DNA of 64,000 nucleotides from Candidatus Latescibacterota bacterium (lineage in GTDB: Bacteria > Latescibacterota > UBA2968 > GCA-2709665), in the NCBI GenBank assembly GCA_965226795.1, contig CBDDDZ010000005.1, positions 2,656,001 through 2,720,000 of the forward strand. The letters are read 5' to 3'. A program made the position numbers and the translations under genes. The notes below the pieces were generated by a model. It worked only from the letters and a program-made list of their open reading frames with translations. It had not been told where the DNA came from and ran no database searches. Positions 33,703 through 43,022 of the stretch are shown here, piece by piece. Within the stretch, counting starts at the first letter, position 1. The number at the start of each line of letters is the position of its first letter.

Positions 33703-33765
33703 ATCGCACCTCTACCCGACGCGCCATCAAGCTTAAACAACCTGCGCAACAATACCGGTTCCGCT

Positions 33766-34656
33766 TTATCCGCGCCAATCCAGGTCGATACTGGTATAGC
33801 CATGCGTATATTCTTGCAGATGGTCCGGCAAATTCTCCAGAAACCATCTGCCGGACTGTGGAATCTCCCACGGAACATCGATTCTGTGCTTGCGGTCTCT
33901 GAACCCGATGGCACACGACAGTCTTGTCTCCTCCAACCGGTTGGGAAACGCACCATGGTACGTCCGGTGAGCAAACACAATCATATCCCCGCCCTGTGTA
34001 AACAACGGCACAAGCCCGGGAATCTCAAACCCGGCATAAGGTCGCTCTTCCTCGCCCTCGGGGTAAAACGACCGCCTGTCCGCCGTCATCCTGAACCCCT
34101 CCGGCCCTTCCCAATCTTCCACATGGGAATCTTCAATGACACACAATCCGCCATGAACCGGGCGCGATCCCGTCAGATAAAACCACTTCCCCGACGGCCA
34201 GAGACCGCGATTCAAGATATCACCCGAATTCTTGTTCTCCGCCGAGTACCCGCACCAATCCGTATGCCACGCCACAGACTGAGACCCCGACATCCGGATG
34301 ATCGCAGCCGACCGATGTACGGTCAGCTCGTCCGTACCGATCAAATGCCGATGGATATCCATGAACGGTTCATACTCCAGGAGCGCCCACGCTCCCGGTC
34401 CGGACTCAATCCACGCATGGCGTGTAAGGCTCTGACCCGGCGCCAATGTGCCCTCCGGGTCGGTGCCGTCATACACCGCCTGCTTGAGCTTTTCAACCCT
34501 TTCCGGTGGCAGCGCATCTTTGATGATTGCAAACCCATGCGCCTCCAGACATTCGCTCATTGCGTCCAGATTCTCAATGCCAAACTCGTACCGATATCCG
34601 GTGTCGGGCTTCTGAACGTGTGAATAATCTTCCATCGCTCTATCGCTCTCGTTCAA
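33766..34656 (-). CDS. PhyH-like Fe(II)/2-oxoglutarate dioxygenase with canonical HxD
   Basis: HGFAIIKDAL, AWHTD, GGLCVIEDSH, GDMIVF..RTYHG, TRLS. Start may be 34635. Confidence 0.85.
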   Translation of the reverse strand: MNESDRAMEDYSHVQKPDTGYRYEFGIENLDAMSECLEAHGFAIIKDALPPERVEKLKQAVYDGTDPEGTLAPGQSLTRHAWIESGPGAWALLEYEPFMDIHRHLIGTDELTVHRSAAIIRMSGSQSVAWHTDWCGYSAENKNSGDILNRGLWPSGKWFYLTGSRPVHGGLCVIEDSHVEDWEGPEGFRMTADRRSFYPEGEEERPYAGFEIPGLVPLFTQGGDMIVFAHRTYHGAFPNRLEETRLSCAIGFRDRKHRIDVPWEIPQSGRWFLENLPDHLQEYTHGYTSIDLDWRG

Positions 34657-34781
34657 TGTCTTTCCCGCCAGGCTTGTTTACGACCCGCACCTTCGAACAC
34701 GTCGCAGAGGTTCGGGACAACGGGCACCAATCGTACGGCAACGTGATCTCCGCGCATTGGGAGACGTGACAAGAAAGCCTC

Positions 34782-35591
34782 TCAGTCCCCAACAGCAGTG
34801 CGCATCATTGGATCCGCCGAACTCAAGTAATGGTCCACGGTATTCCGTGTCGCCGGCCGGGTACGAAAATCGGCAATCCACGGCTCACGAAAATAGGCTT
34901 GCTTCTCTCCCGGCAGATCGTCCAGCACTTCGGGAGGCACACGCAGCCGGTGCCAGTGTGTTGCCAGGTGCGAATAGGCGTGCAAGACGGCAATACGTGG
35001 TGTATCGCGGGTCCACTCGGGCCCGACGTGGCACACATTCTCGGTAAAAAAGATGGCACTGCCGGCCGGGCACGCGTATCCCATCAAGAAGGGGCTTCGC
35101 TCACCCGGCTCCATCGAAAGATGATCCGGATGCATTTCAAAATTCGCCTTATGGCTGCCGACGATGAAATGCGTGGCTCCGTCTTCCGGTTGCACATCCG
35201 TCAATTCGAAAACCACACGCACCATCCCCGCGTGAATGCGTCCGTTCTGGCACCGGTATCCAAATATCGGATCAATCTGGCTGGGCCCGCCTCCGTGAAG
35301 CCCCCCGCCGTGGGACTCCCCTTTTTTACGCCATACGCAGTAACAACCTTCCATTCGAATCTCGGGCCCAATGACCTCGTGCAAGACCTCCACGACCTTC
35401 GGGTGATCGATCAACACACTTGACGGCCCCCCCGGAACCGTACGATGTTCGGGCGGCAGTGCGTCCGGATCGTGTATGATGCGATCAATCTGCTCGACAA
35501 TGGATTCAATCTCATCCTGATTCAGAATGGCAGGACGCACCAGAAAGCCCGTCAGATCAAACCGAAACTTCTCTTCATCCGTCATGCCCAT
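34782..35591 (-). CDS. PhyH-like Fe(II)/2-oxoglutarate oxygenase with HxG motif
   Basis: EKFRFDLTGFLV, GLHGGG, ELTDV..EDGATHFIVGSHK, AGSAIFFTE..CH, PRIAVL. Confidence 0.86.
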   Translation of the reverse strand: MGMTDEEKFRFDLTGFLVRPAILNQDEIESIVEQIDRIIHDPDALPPEHRTVPGGPSSVLIDHPKVVEVLHEVIGPEIRMEGCYCVWRKKGESHGGGLHGGGPSQIDPIFGYRCQNGRIHAGMVRVVFELTDVQPEDGATHFIVGSHKANFEMHPDHLSMEPGERSPFLMGYACPAGSAIFFTENVCHVGPEWTRDTPRIAVLHAYSHLATHWHRLRVPPEVLDDLPGEKQAYFREPWIADFRTRPATRNTVDHYLSSADPMMRTAVGD

Positions 35592-35784
35592 CTGGATTCC
35601 TCCGGAGTTTGGTTTGCTGTTGGCCCAACCTACCGAAATATATACAAACACCCTTCACGCGCAAACTCCCTTTAAAGCGTCCCGACCCAGGACCGGAAAA
35701 ACCTTTCAGAGAGGCACCCAAATGTTATCTTGTTTTCGAATGGGAAAGCCAGAAAGGGCATTTGAGAACAATGGAGGTGGCAGG

Positions 35785-38304
35785 ATGGATGACTTCGATA
35801 TGCAGCAATGGATTCACCCGGCCGGTTTCGTGGATGTGGCAACCCTGGTGGACATCAAGCAGAAGATCCGATCCCACGACTGGGCAAAAAAGGCCGTCGG
35901 GGAATTGAGGGAGAGTGTGCAGCCGTGGATGGCGCAATCCCTCGACCGGATCGAATCCCTGATGCCGAAGCGGAAGATGCAGGTGTACTGGTTGCTGATA
36001 TGTCCTGTGTGCCAGGGGAGGCTCGGGTTTGATCCGTTCAACGATCGTGAAGCCACGTGCCAACGGTGCGACGAAGCCCACGCGCTCAGTCAGCAATCCA
36101 CCGCGGTACATCTGACCGGCAAATACGCTGGCACTTTGTACGAAGGCTGGGGTTGCTACTACATCCAGGCGATGGCAACAACGGCGCAGCACCTCGCGCT
36201 CTTGTATGCTCTGGACGCGGATCGCTCGTACGCGGAACGTAGCGCCGGGATTCTGAAACTATTCGCGAAACACATCCAATCCCTGCCTGTTCAAGGGAGC
36301 GGCACCCAGCATGTGATCTGGACCTATAACATGGAGGGCGACTGCGTCATCGTACTCGCGCTGTCGGAAGCCTATGAACTCCTGAGATCCACGGACGGCC
36401 TCTTTACCGCGCGAGAACACCTGCAGATTCGACGGGATCTGCTCCAACACTGGGCAGACGCGGTCTTTCGCGTTGAAGATGACAGCAGCCCGCGGCACAA
36501 CGGCATGTTCGCCTATCTGAGTTCCGTAGCGATGGTGGGCTGCGCCATCGAGAGCGCGGACTATGTGAACTGGGCTTTTGGCCATGGGAAATATGCTTCT
36601 GAACGGCGCCCCAACCACCGCGGCATCCGCTGGCTCACACGGAACAACTATCTGGCAGACGGGGGATTCTGGGGTCTGTGCAGCGCCTACCATCTTTATG
36701 CTCTCGGTCCGAACTGCCGCGCACTCGTACTCGGCCACAGGCTATCGCGCCAGATGCCGGACCTGTTCCCGCCGGAAATCTATGACGAATTACACCCAGG
36801 GAGCTCCAGTTACCGAGCAGTTCGCCGGGCCATCAAATGGTTCACATCACAGGCATTTCCGGACCTGACCGTAGCGCCAACAGGAGATATGGGAGGCCGC
36901 GCGAGCCTTGCCAGCTATCCGCTTACGGCCGAAATCGGATATCGCTACCTGAACGTTGACGAAACCGGTTCGTACCGCGAACTGCGGGAGGGTGACAGAG
37001 GATTGACCGGACTCCTGTTTGGCGCAGACACGATTGAGAAAAAACCTGTGCCCTACCGGAGCGCCAACCTCTCCAGCGGCTACGTGGCACTGAAACGGGA
37101 AGCCGGCGGCAACCGCCTCTACGCCGGCCTGAACGCGCTCCTGCCCGGTTCCGGACACGCCCACGCGGATCGACTGAATCTCATCACCTACTCGCACGAC
37201 CGGATGCTGACCGGCGAGAAACGTACCCGCTACGAAGATCCCGACCAGCGTATATACAGTGGGGCGTCATACGCCCACAATACCGTAACGGTCGATGAAA
37301 CGTCCCAGGTTCACGGGGACCGACTCAGGAATGAACAGGTTCCACGTGTCCAAACATTTGTCGATCTTCCCGCAGGCCAGGTGGCCGAGGCCCACGGAGA
37401 CGGTATCTATGAGCAGACGACGATCTACCGGCGGATCGTTTGCCAGTTTGACAGGTATCTACTGGATATCTTTCGCGTCCAGAGAGGGAAAATACACGAC
37501 TGGTTTTACCACGGTATCGGAGAGACACCAGAGATCCGGCTCGCCATGAAAGACCTAACCGGATTCGATCCGGCGCTCTATATTGTCCGGGGCGAACACG
37601 AATACAAGGAGGGTCTGGCGGAGGAGGCTTTCGCCGCAACGTGGCGTATACCAGGCGATCCCGAATCCTCTCACCACGGCAGGCGAAGAGACATGTTTTC
37701 CAGGGTTACGATGTCGGGTTCTCCGGGTCAGATCGCATTCCTTTTGAACACGTATCCCGACCCCGGAAGACACAGCCTTATGGTTCGCCATCGGGAGACA
37801 AGCGCACCCTTTGTGGCCATTCACGAGGCTTTTACCAAGAGACCCGTAGCCACCGACGTTCGAATGCTACCGGGGAACGCCGCTGCTGTTGTCCATATCG
37901 CACACGCGGACGGCGGAAGTAGGCAGGCGATTTACGAGACCGGTTCGGGGCCGGAAGGTCTCGGGCTGGTCGGCCGTTTCGCCTCAATTTCCCGCGATCC
38001 TGCCGGGCGGCCGCGGAGCGTTATACTGGTCCACGCGACGGAATTCAGTGCCGGCGGAATCCGAATACGGTCGGGGCGGCCCGTGACACTGTCGGCCGTT
38101 TTCAAAGACGAATCGATTCAGCTGGTATCCTGTCCGCCGTTGGCCTACGAAACACTGGAGGGCCAACCTGTCTACAGAACAGGCCACGATACCGAAGTAC
38201 GTATCGACATCCCGCAGGACGGATCGCGATCGGGGGATCGCATACAGACCCGGCTGCCGGGACAGGCAGACAGCGGGCCCGTGTGCATCGAGTTATCGCG
38301 ATAA
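35785..38304 (+). CDS. Heparinase II/III-like polysaccharide lyase (no obvious signal peptide)
   Basis: LYAL..DRSYAERSA; PRHN; DGGFWG..SAYHLY; SGHAHADRL; YAHNTVTVDE; YLLDIFRV...HDWFYH. RBS GGAGG before 35785. Confidence 0.82.
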   Translation: MDDFDMQQWIHPAGFVDVATLVDIKQKIRSHDWAKKAVGELRESVQPWMAQSLDRIESLMPKRKMQVYWLLICPVCQGRLGFDPFNDREATCQRCDEAHALSQQSTAVHLTGKYAGTLYEGWGCYYIQAMATTAQHLALLYALDADRSYAERSAGILKLFAKHIQSLPVQGSGTQHVIWTYNMEGDCVIVLALSEAYELLRSTDGLFTAREHLQIRRDLLQHWADAVFRVEDDSSPRHNGMFAYLSSVAMVGCAIESADYVNWAFGHGKYASERRPNHRGIRWLTRNNYLADGGFWGLCSAYHLYALGPNCRALVLGHRLSRQMPDLFPPEIYDELHPGSSSYRAVRRAIKWFTSQAFPDLTVAPTGDMGGRASLASYPLTAEIGYRYLNVDETGSYRELREGDRGLTGLLFGADTIEKKPVPYRSANLSSGYVALKREAGGNRLYAGLNALLPGSGHAHADRLNLITYSHDRMLTGEKRTRYEDPDQRIYSGASYAHNTVTVDETSQVHGDRLRNEQVPRVQTFVDLPAGQVAEAHGDGIYEQTTIYRRIVCQFDRYLLDIFRVQRGKIHDWFYHGIGETPEIRLAMKDLTGFDPALYIVRGEHEYKEGLAEEAFAATWRIPGDPESSHHGRRRDMFSRVTMSGSPGQIAFLLNTYPDPGRHSLMVRHRETSAPFVAIHEAFTKRPVATDVRMLPGNAAAVVHIAHADGGSRQAIYETGSGPEGLGLVGRFASISRDPAGRPRSVILVHATEFSAGGIRIRSGRPVTLSAVFKDESIQLVSCPPLAYETLEGQPVYRTGHDTEVRIDIPQDGSRSGDRIQTRLPGQADSGPVCIELSR

Positions 38305-38475
38305 CGCGTCCCGATCGTCACATTCCCCACGACCTAGGCCCGACCGGACTGGAGCGGATCTCGTGCGATCCACGCTACGTCGGCATGGGTCAACACGCAG
38401 CGGGGGGATGAATTTCCCCTATCTGAAAAAGTGGGGCACCGTTAAAAGCGACCTCGTTCCAAACGAAAAAACCCT

Positions 38476-39444
38476 TCACTTCCTGCTGCCGCTGGCATCC
38501 GCTATTTTCGGACTGCCCGGTCCGATGGTATTTCGAACCGCGAAATAGTCTTCGCGTGACAGTCGCTTCCCTCCCGCCCCCACAGCCTCGGCGATCTGAT
38601 CCGGTGTCTTGATTCCACAAATCGCCACGTGAATCGCCGGATGCATCAGCGTGGCCGACAGCACCAACTGGTATATCGTGAGGCCGTTTCGCTCGGCAAT
38701 CGGCCTCAGGGCCTGCACCTTTGCACACAACTCCTTGAACCGGTCTCCCCGGAAGTCGGTATGATTGATCCGGAAGTCGTCAAACGTCTCTCTTCCTGTG
38801 TACTTCCCGCTGAGCAGTCCCTTGTGCATGGGCGAATAGATCATCACCCCGATATTCTCCGACTGACAATAGGGCAACAGATCGCTCTCCCCGGCCGGCT
38901 CGATCAGACTGTACGGAGGCTGAATAACGGAGTAGGCCCCGAAGCGACGCTGCGCACGGCATTGTTCGACAGAATGGTTGCTCAGCCCGTAACATCGAAT
39001 CTTCCCCTTGTCGCGAAGTCCTTCCAGGGTTCCCGCGATATCGGCAAGCGGCGTCAAAGGGTCGTACATATGCAAAAGGTACAGATCAATGGTCTCGATA
39101 CCCATCCGTTTGAGCGACACGTCACAGCGCGCCACAATGTGTTCGGGAGAAAGATCCGGATACCGTGAACCGTCGGTATTGAAGTGGTTGAATACTTTGG
39201 TCACCAGTACGACTTCGTCCCTCGGCAGATCCCTTACGACCTCACCCAGTACAGTTTCGGCATAACCGTCCCCGTATGCCTCTGCGGTATCGAAAAAGTT
39301 GATTCCGCGGTCGAACGCGAACTTCATCGCAGCCATCGCGTCATCCTTCGACTGCGGCCCCCAGAACCGGGGACTGAGCTGCCACGTGCCGACGGAAATC
39401 GGCGATACCGACAGGCCACTTTCCCCAAGCGTGACACGGTCCAT
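38476..39444 (-). CDS. Aldo/keto reductase
   Basis: GINFFDTAEAYGDG, LVTK, IDLYLLH, GKIRCYGLSN, QPPYSL, YSPMHKGLLSGKY. Confidence 0.93.
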   Translation of the reverse strand: MDRVTLGESGLSVSPISVGTWQLSPRFWGPQSKDDAMAAMKFAFDRGINFFDTAEAYGDGYAETVLGEVVRDLPRDEVVLVTKVFNHFNTDGSRYPDLSPEHIVARCDVSLKRMGIETIDLYLLHMYDPLTPLADIAGTLEGLRDKGKIRCYGLSNHSVEQCRAQRRFGAYSVIQPPYSLIEPAGESDLLPYCQSENIGVMIYSPMHKGLLSGKYTGRETFDDFRINHTDFRGDRFKELCAKVQALRPIAERNGLTIYQLVLSATLMHPAIHVAICGIKTPDQIAEAVGAGGKRLSREDYFAVRNTIGPGSPKIADASGSRK

Positions 39445-39516
39445 TCCTATTCCTCCCGTAGTCGACGTGCATTCTGGCTCATCGCCAGGTAACTCTGGTG
39501 AACCCCGGCGGATCCG

Positions 39517-40593
39517 CTATCCCGTCACGTGGACACCCGCTTCTTCCATTGTACCAAGGCCCAGACCCTTCAGGTCCGCCAGCGTGTCTGTTTCCTCCGC
39601 CTCGTACAGTTTCCAGATTACCTTGAGTCCTTCAAGGCTGGATACGGGATCGGTCAACGGCTTTTGCCCGGTCTCGATACAATCGATAAAATGCGCCATC
39701 TCCACTTCCGTGGGTTTGGCATGTTTTTCCTCCAGCAACACGATCTCCCGCTGTCCGGGGTCGTGCTCGCCGGGCACGTGTTTCTCAACGTCACCCAGGT
39801 ACACTACCCGCCCCGTGCGGAGATGGAGTTCCACCATCCCCTTCTCACAATGTGCGTGGAAGGAATATCCAAGCCGGGTGCCCCGAGCCCCCCAGGTGCC
39901 GAAATGATATCCAAGGATGCCGTCCTCAAACTCGATGCACACATTGCTCGTTCCCTCTCTCTCCATCCACGGCGTTCCTCGATTGGTGCCCAGGTGTACT
40001 CCCTTCACCGGTCTGCCCAGCATCCACAGCATCAGATCGACATAGTGACAGCCGTGGCTGAAAAACTGGCCGCCGCCAAGTGTACCTGCCCTGCAGTGCC
40101 AACTCTCCGGCGCGCGCTGCGTATGCTGCTCGGTCCAGATCGACAACTGGAAGACGTCGCCAAACATCTTTTCATCCAGCACCTCTTTGAATTTCAGAAT
40201 CAAAGGGTGAAACCGCATACAGTAGGCCACCATCAGAACCCTGTCGTTCCGTCGAGCGGCTTCGATCATATCCTGGCACTCCCGCTCGCTGTTGGCCATA
40301 GGCTTTTCCACCAGCACGTGCTTGCCCGCATCCAGGCAACCCACCGTAACCGGATGGTGAAGATGGTGCGGCAGCACCACAAGCACGGCGTCCACGTGAT
40401 CCAGGATCTCTTCATATTCCGCCGCAATCACTGGCTCATTGGGGAAAACCTCCGCAACCGCCTGCGCCCGCGACAGATCAATATCCACTACGGCCGAAAT
40501 CTCCACGCGGTGCAGGACCTCACTCATCCGGCTGGCATGGCCCCGTGCCATTCCGCCACATCCGATAATTCCCACCCTTGTTCTCCGTGCCAT
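39517..40593 (-). CDS. Gfo/Idh/MocA family oxidoreductase
   Basis: VGIIGCGGMA, AGKHVLVEKPMA, GGGQFFSHGCHYVD, EMAHFIDCI. Confidence 0.92.
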   Translation of the reverse strand: MARRTRVGIIGCGGMARGHASRMSEVLHRVEISAVVDIDLSRAQAVAEVFPNEPVIAAEYEEILDHVDAVLVVLPHHLHHPVTVGCLDAGKHVLVEKPMANSERECQDMIEAARRNDRVLMVAYCMRFHPLILKFKEVLDEKMFGDVFQLSIWTEQHTQRAPESWHCRAGTLGGGQFFSHGCHYVDLMLWMLGRPVKGVHLGTNRGTPWMEREGTSNVCIEFEDGILGYHFGTWGARGTRLGYSFHAHCEKGMVELHLRTGRVVYLGDVEKHVPGEHDPGQREIVLLEEKHAKPTEVEMAHFIDCIETGQKPLTDPVSSLEGLKVIWKLYEAEETDTLADLKGLGLGTMEEAGVHVTG

Positions 40594-40927
40594 CGTCCCT
40601 TCCTCCGTTTCTCCTCGATCCGATGCCAATTCCTCATCATCCAAAACGACTGGATTCCCCCAACATCCTGATGCCCCTGTCCTTTTGCGCATTCAGATGA
40701 AAGATACAAAGCCGTGCGGATTCGATCTTCTCGCACTTTCGTATCTGCCGGATCATCCGCTCCGGGATCATCTCAACGACGCTACCGGACCGCCCGATAC
40801 CCGAAAGATAGAATATTCCGGTCAATTCCGCCGGCCGACCACCGGTCGAACAACGCACGCCTGATATCATCGGGACCGACCTTTCCCGCAGGAAACGCCA
40901 TGCCTGGATGGCACCTGGCAGCGATCT

Positions 40928-41965
40928 TCATGGCCCTCGTCCGTCGTCCCATTCGAAAATCACTTTACCCGTCTCTCCGCTATCGAAGATTGCGAATGCT
41001 TCCCTCGCCTGCCCAATGTGAAAGCGATGGGTCACGATTTCGTCCAGCGGGACGCGGTGCGTCTGCAAGAACGCGACGGCATCGAAATAAGCGCCCATCG
41101 AGAACACGGAATTGCCTCTGAGCGTCAGTTCTTTTCGAAGGATATCCATAAAATCGATTTCAAGCGACTCAGCGCCGGCGCCCACGTAGACCACCGTCCC
41201 GTGCAACCCCGCAACCGCCGCCGCCTGTGTGCGGGCGGTGCCACTCCCCGAGCACTCCACAACCCCGGCCGCACCATGTCCACCTGTCAGATCGCTGATC
41301 GCCTGAACCGGATCGGTCTGTTTTGCGTTTATTACAACCCCGCCGCCGATACGCTCCGCCAGATCTATCCTGTAAGGACTGATGTCCACGCCGAACGTCC
41401 GATATCCCATCGCCTTACCCATCAATAGTGTTGTCAGACCCACCGGCCCCAATCCGAACACCACAAGTGGATCGCCATGACGCTTTGATACCTTGTTCAC
41501 TGCCGAGAACGCCGTTCCTGCCGTACAAGCCAATTGCGTTCCAACGGCAAACGAGAAATTGTCCGGCAATGGCATGCAGTACCGAGCGTCCGTGACCATG
41601 TAATCCGCGTGAGCACCGTCGCGTGTCCGGCCAAACGCCCCCTGGTCCGAACAGAACACGGGCGTGCCGGATAGACAGACCGCACAATGACCGCACCCCA
41701 CGGTGTGGTAGACACAGACCCTGTCGCCCTCCGACACATTTTCAACATCCGCACCCACCTCGGCCACAACCCCGGCCGGTTCGTGGCCGGAAATCATGCC
41801 CTTCCTATCGCTCGCCCACTCCCGGCTGCTATGGTACTTGTGCAGATCGCTCCCGCACAACCCCGCCACCCTCATTTCGATAACCACGTGTCCCGGGCCC
41901 GGTTCGGGCCTGTCGAAATCCTGAACTTCCACTTCACTTTCGCCGAGATACACGACACCTTTCAT
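40928..41965 (-). CDS. Zinc-dependent alcohol dehydrogenase (MDR family)
   Basis: GLCGSDLH, SGHEPAG, GCGHCAVC.......C structural zinc site, FGLGPVG. Confidence 0.92.
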   Translation of the reverse strand: MKGVVYLGESEVEVQDFDRPEPGPGHVVIEMRVAGLCGSDLHKYHSSREWASDRKGMISGHEPAGVVAEVGADVENVSEGDRVCVYHTVGCGHCAVCLSGTPVFCSDQGAFGRTRDGAHADYMVTDARYCMPLPDNFSFAVGTQLACTAGTAFSAVNKVSKRHGDPLVVFGLGPVGLTTLLMGKAMGYRTFGVDISPYRIDLAERIGGGVVINAKQTDPVQAISDLTGGHGAAGVVECSGSGTARTQAAAVAGLHGTVVYVGAGAESLEIDFMDILRKELTLRGNSVFSMGAYFDAVAFLQTHRVPLDEIVTHRFHIGQAREAFAIFDSGETGKVIFEWDDGRGP

Positions 41966-42289
41966 ACTCCATCTCCCAACGATCGGATTTCTCAGTGAAT
42001 TAAACGCGCCTTTCGCAGGCAAACGACTTTTTCGGCTCGTTTCTGCGTTCCCCGTTCCCGTACGGGGTCGCAGTCTGCAATTGAATTCTCCGGTTCGATT
42101 GCCTATCTTTGTTCGTCAAGGCGCGGAACAAATGGGCAAACCACCGCTTCGGATTTCGGATGCGATTCATTGCAGCCATGCCCCGGAAGTACGCCATGAT
42201 ACTTCCAACCCGGATCCGATGCAAGGAGACATTGCACGGGAATACCGAACGTGCGGCTGTGCCCCACGGGCCGCAGGATCCTCTCAACG

Positions 42290-42438
42290 ACGCGCCCGTC
42301 GAATGGGCATTCTTGCGACAGGCCGAAAACTTCGTTGGCGCCCTTCAGGGCCGGCAATCTCTGCTTGCGCCCGGAGAAGACTGTCTTCGGGACGTCGAAC
42401 TGATGGAGGATGTCTTTCGTAAAGTCCGGACATCGTAG
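42290..42438 (+). pseudogene. 3' remnant resembling a Gfo/Idh/MocA oxidoreductase C-terminus
   Basis: EWAFLRQAENFVGALQG....APGEDCLRDVELMEDVF resembles the terminal helices of this family; the upstream sequence has no Rossmann domain. Confidence 0.45.
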
Positions 42439-42495
42439 CCGCTCACCGCAACAGTTCACGGGCGAAGTCAATTTCAAGCACCGCCCACTAACACG

Positions 42496-42790
42496 ATGCA
42501 GCCGATCCCTTTCCTTTCCAACGTCTCGCCGTCGCGCATCAGGGAACTCGCCGACGTGGCCTTTGGCATGGACCGTGTCCACAGGCTGCACTTCGGGGAA
42601 TCCGACCTCCCCACGCCACGTTACATTGTGAAGGTCGCTGTTCAGGCAATGTCCGAAGGATATACCTTTTACACCGAGAACGCAGGTCTGCCCGGCCTTC
42701 GTGAAGCTCTGGCCGAAAGATACGCCGACGTCCACAACGTCCCTCTGGCCTCCAGCGACATCCTCGTTACGGCCTCCGGCGTCCAGGCGG
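42496..42790 (+). pseudogene. 5' remnant of a class I/II PLP aminotransferase
   Basis: SRIREL...LHFGESDLPTP...GYTFYTENAGLPGLREALA...ILVTASGVQA, then similarity is lost and a stop follows at 42828; the PLP-lysine half is missing. Confidence 0.8.
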
Positions 42791-43022
42791 CATCAGGCCG
42801 ACGATCTGCAGGCAGCGGGGTCCCGTAGAAGAACAGCGTTCGAACGGGTTCCCGAGGCATGGGTGTCCGGTACGAACGCTCAGAGGGACGCTGGTTCGCA
42901 AGAATACGCGCTAAAAAGAAAGCCGACGTACGGCGGACATATTGGCGTCTGACGGGGAGGTCCGGCGGTTGACGTCATTTCCGTTGATTTAAATTGAAAT
43001 ACCCCTGCGAAAGGAGAAACCC

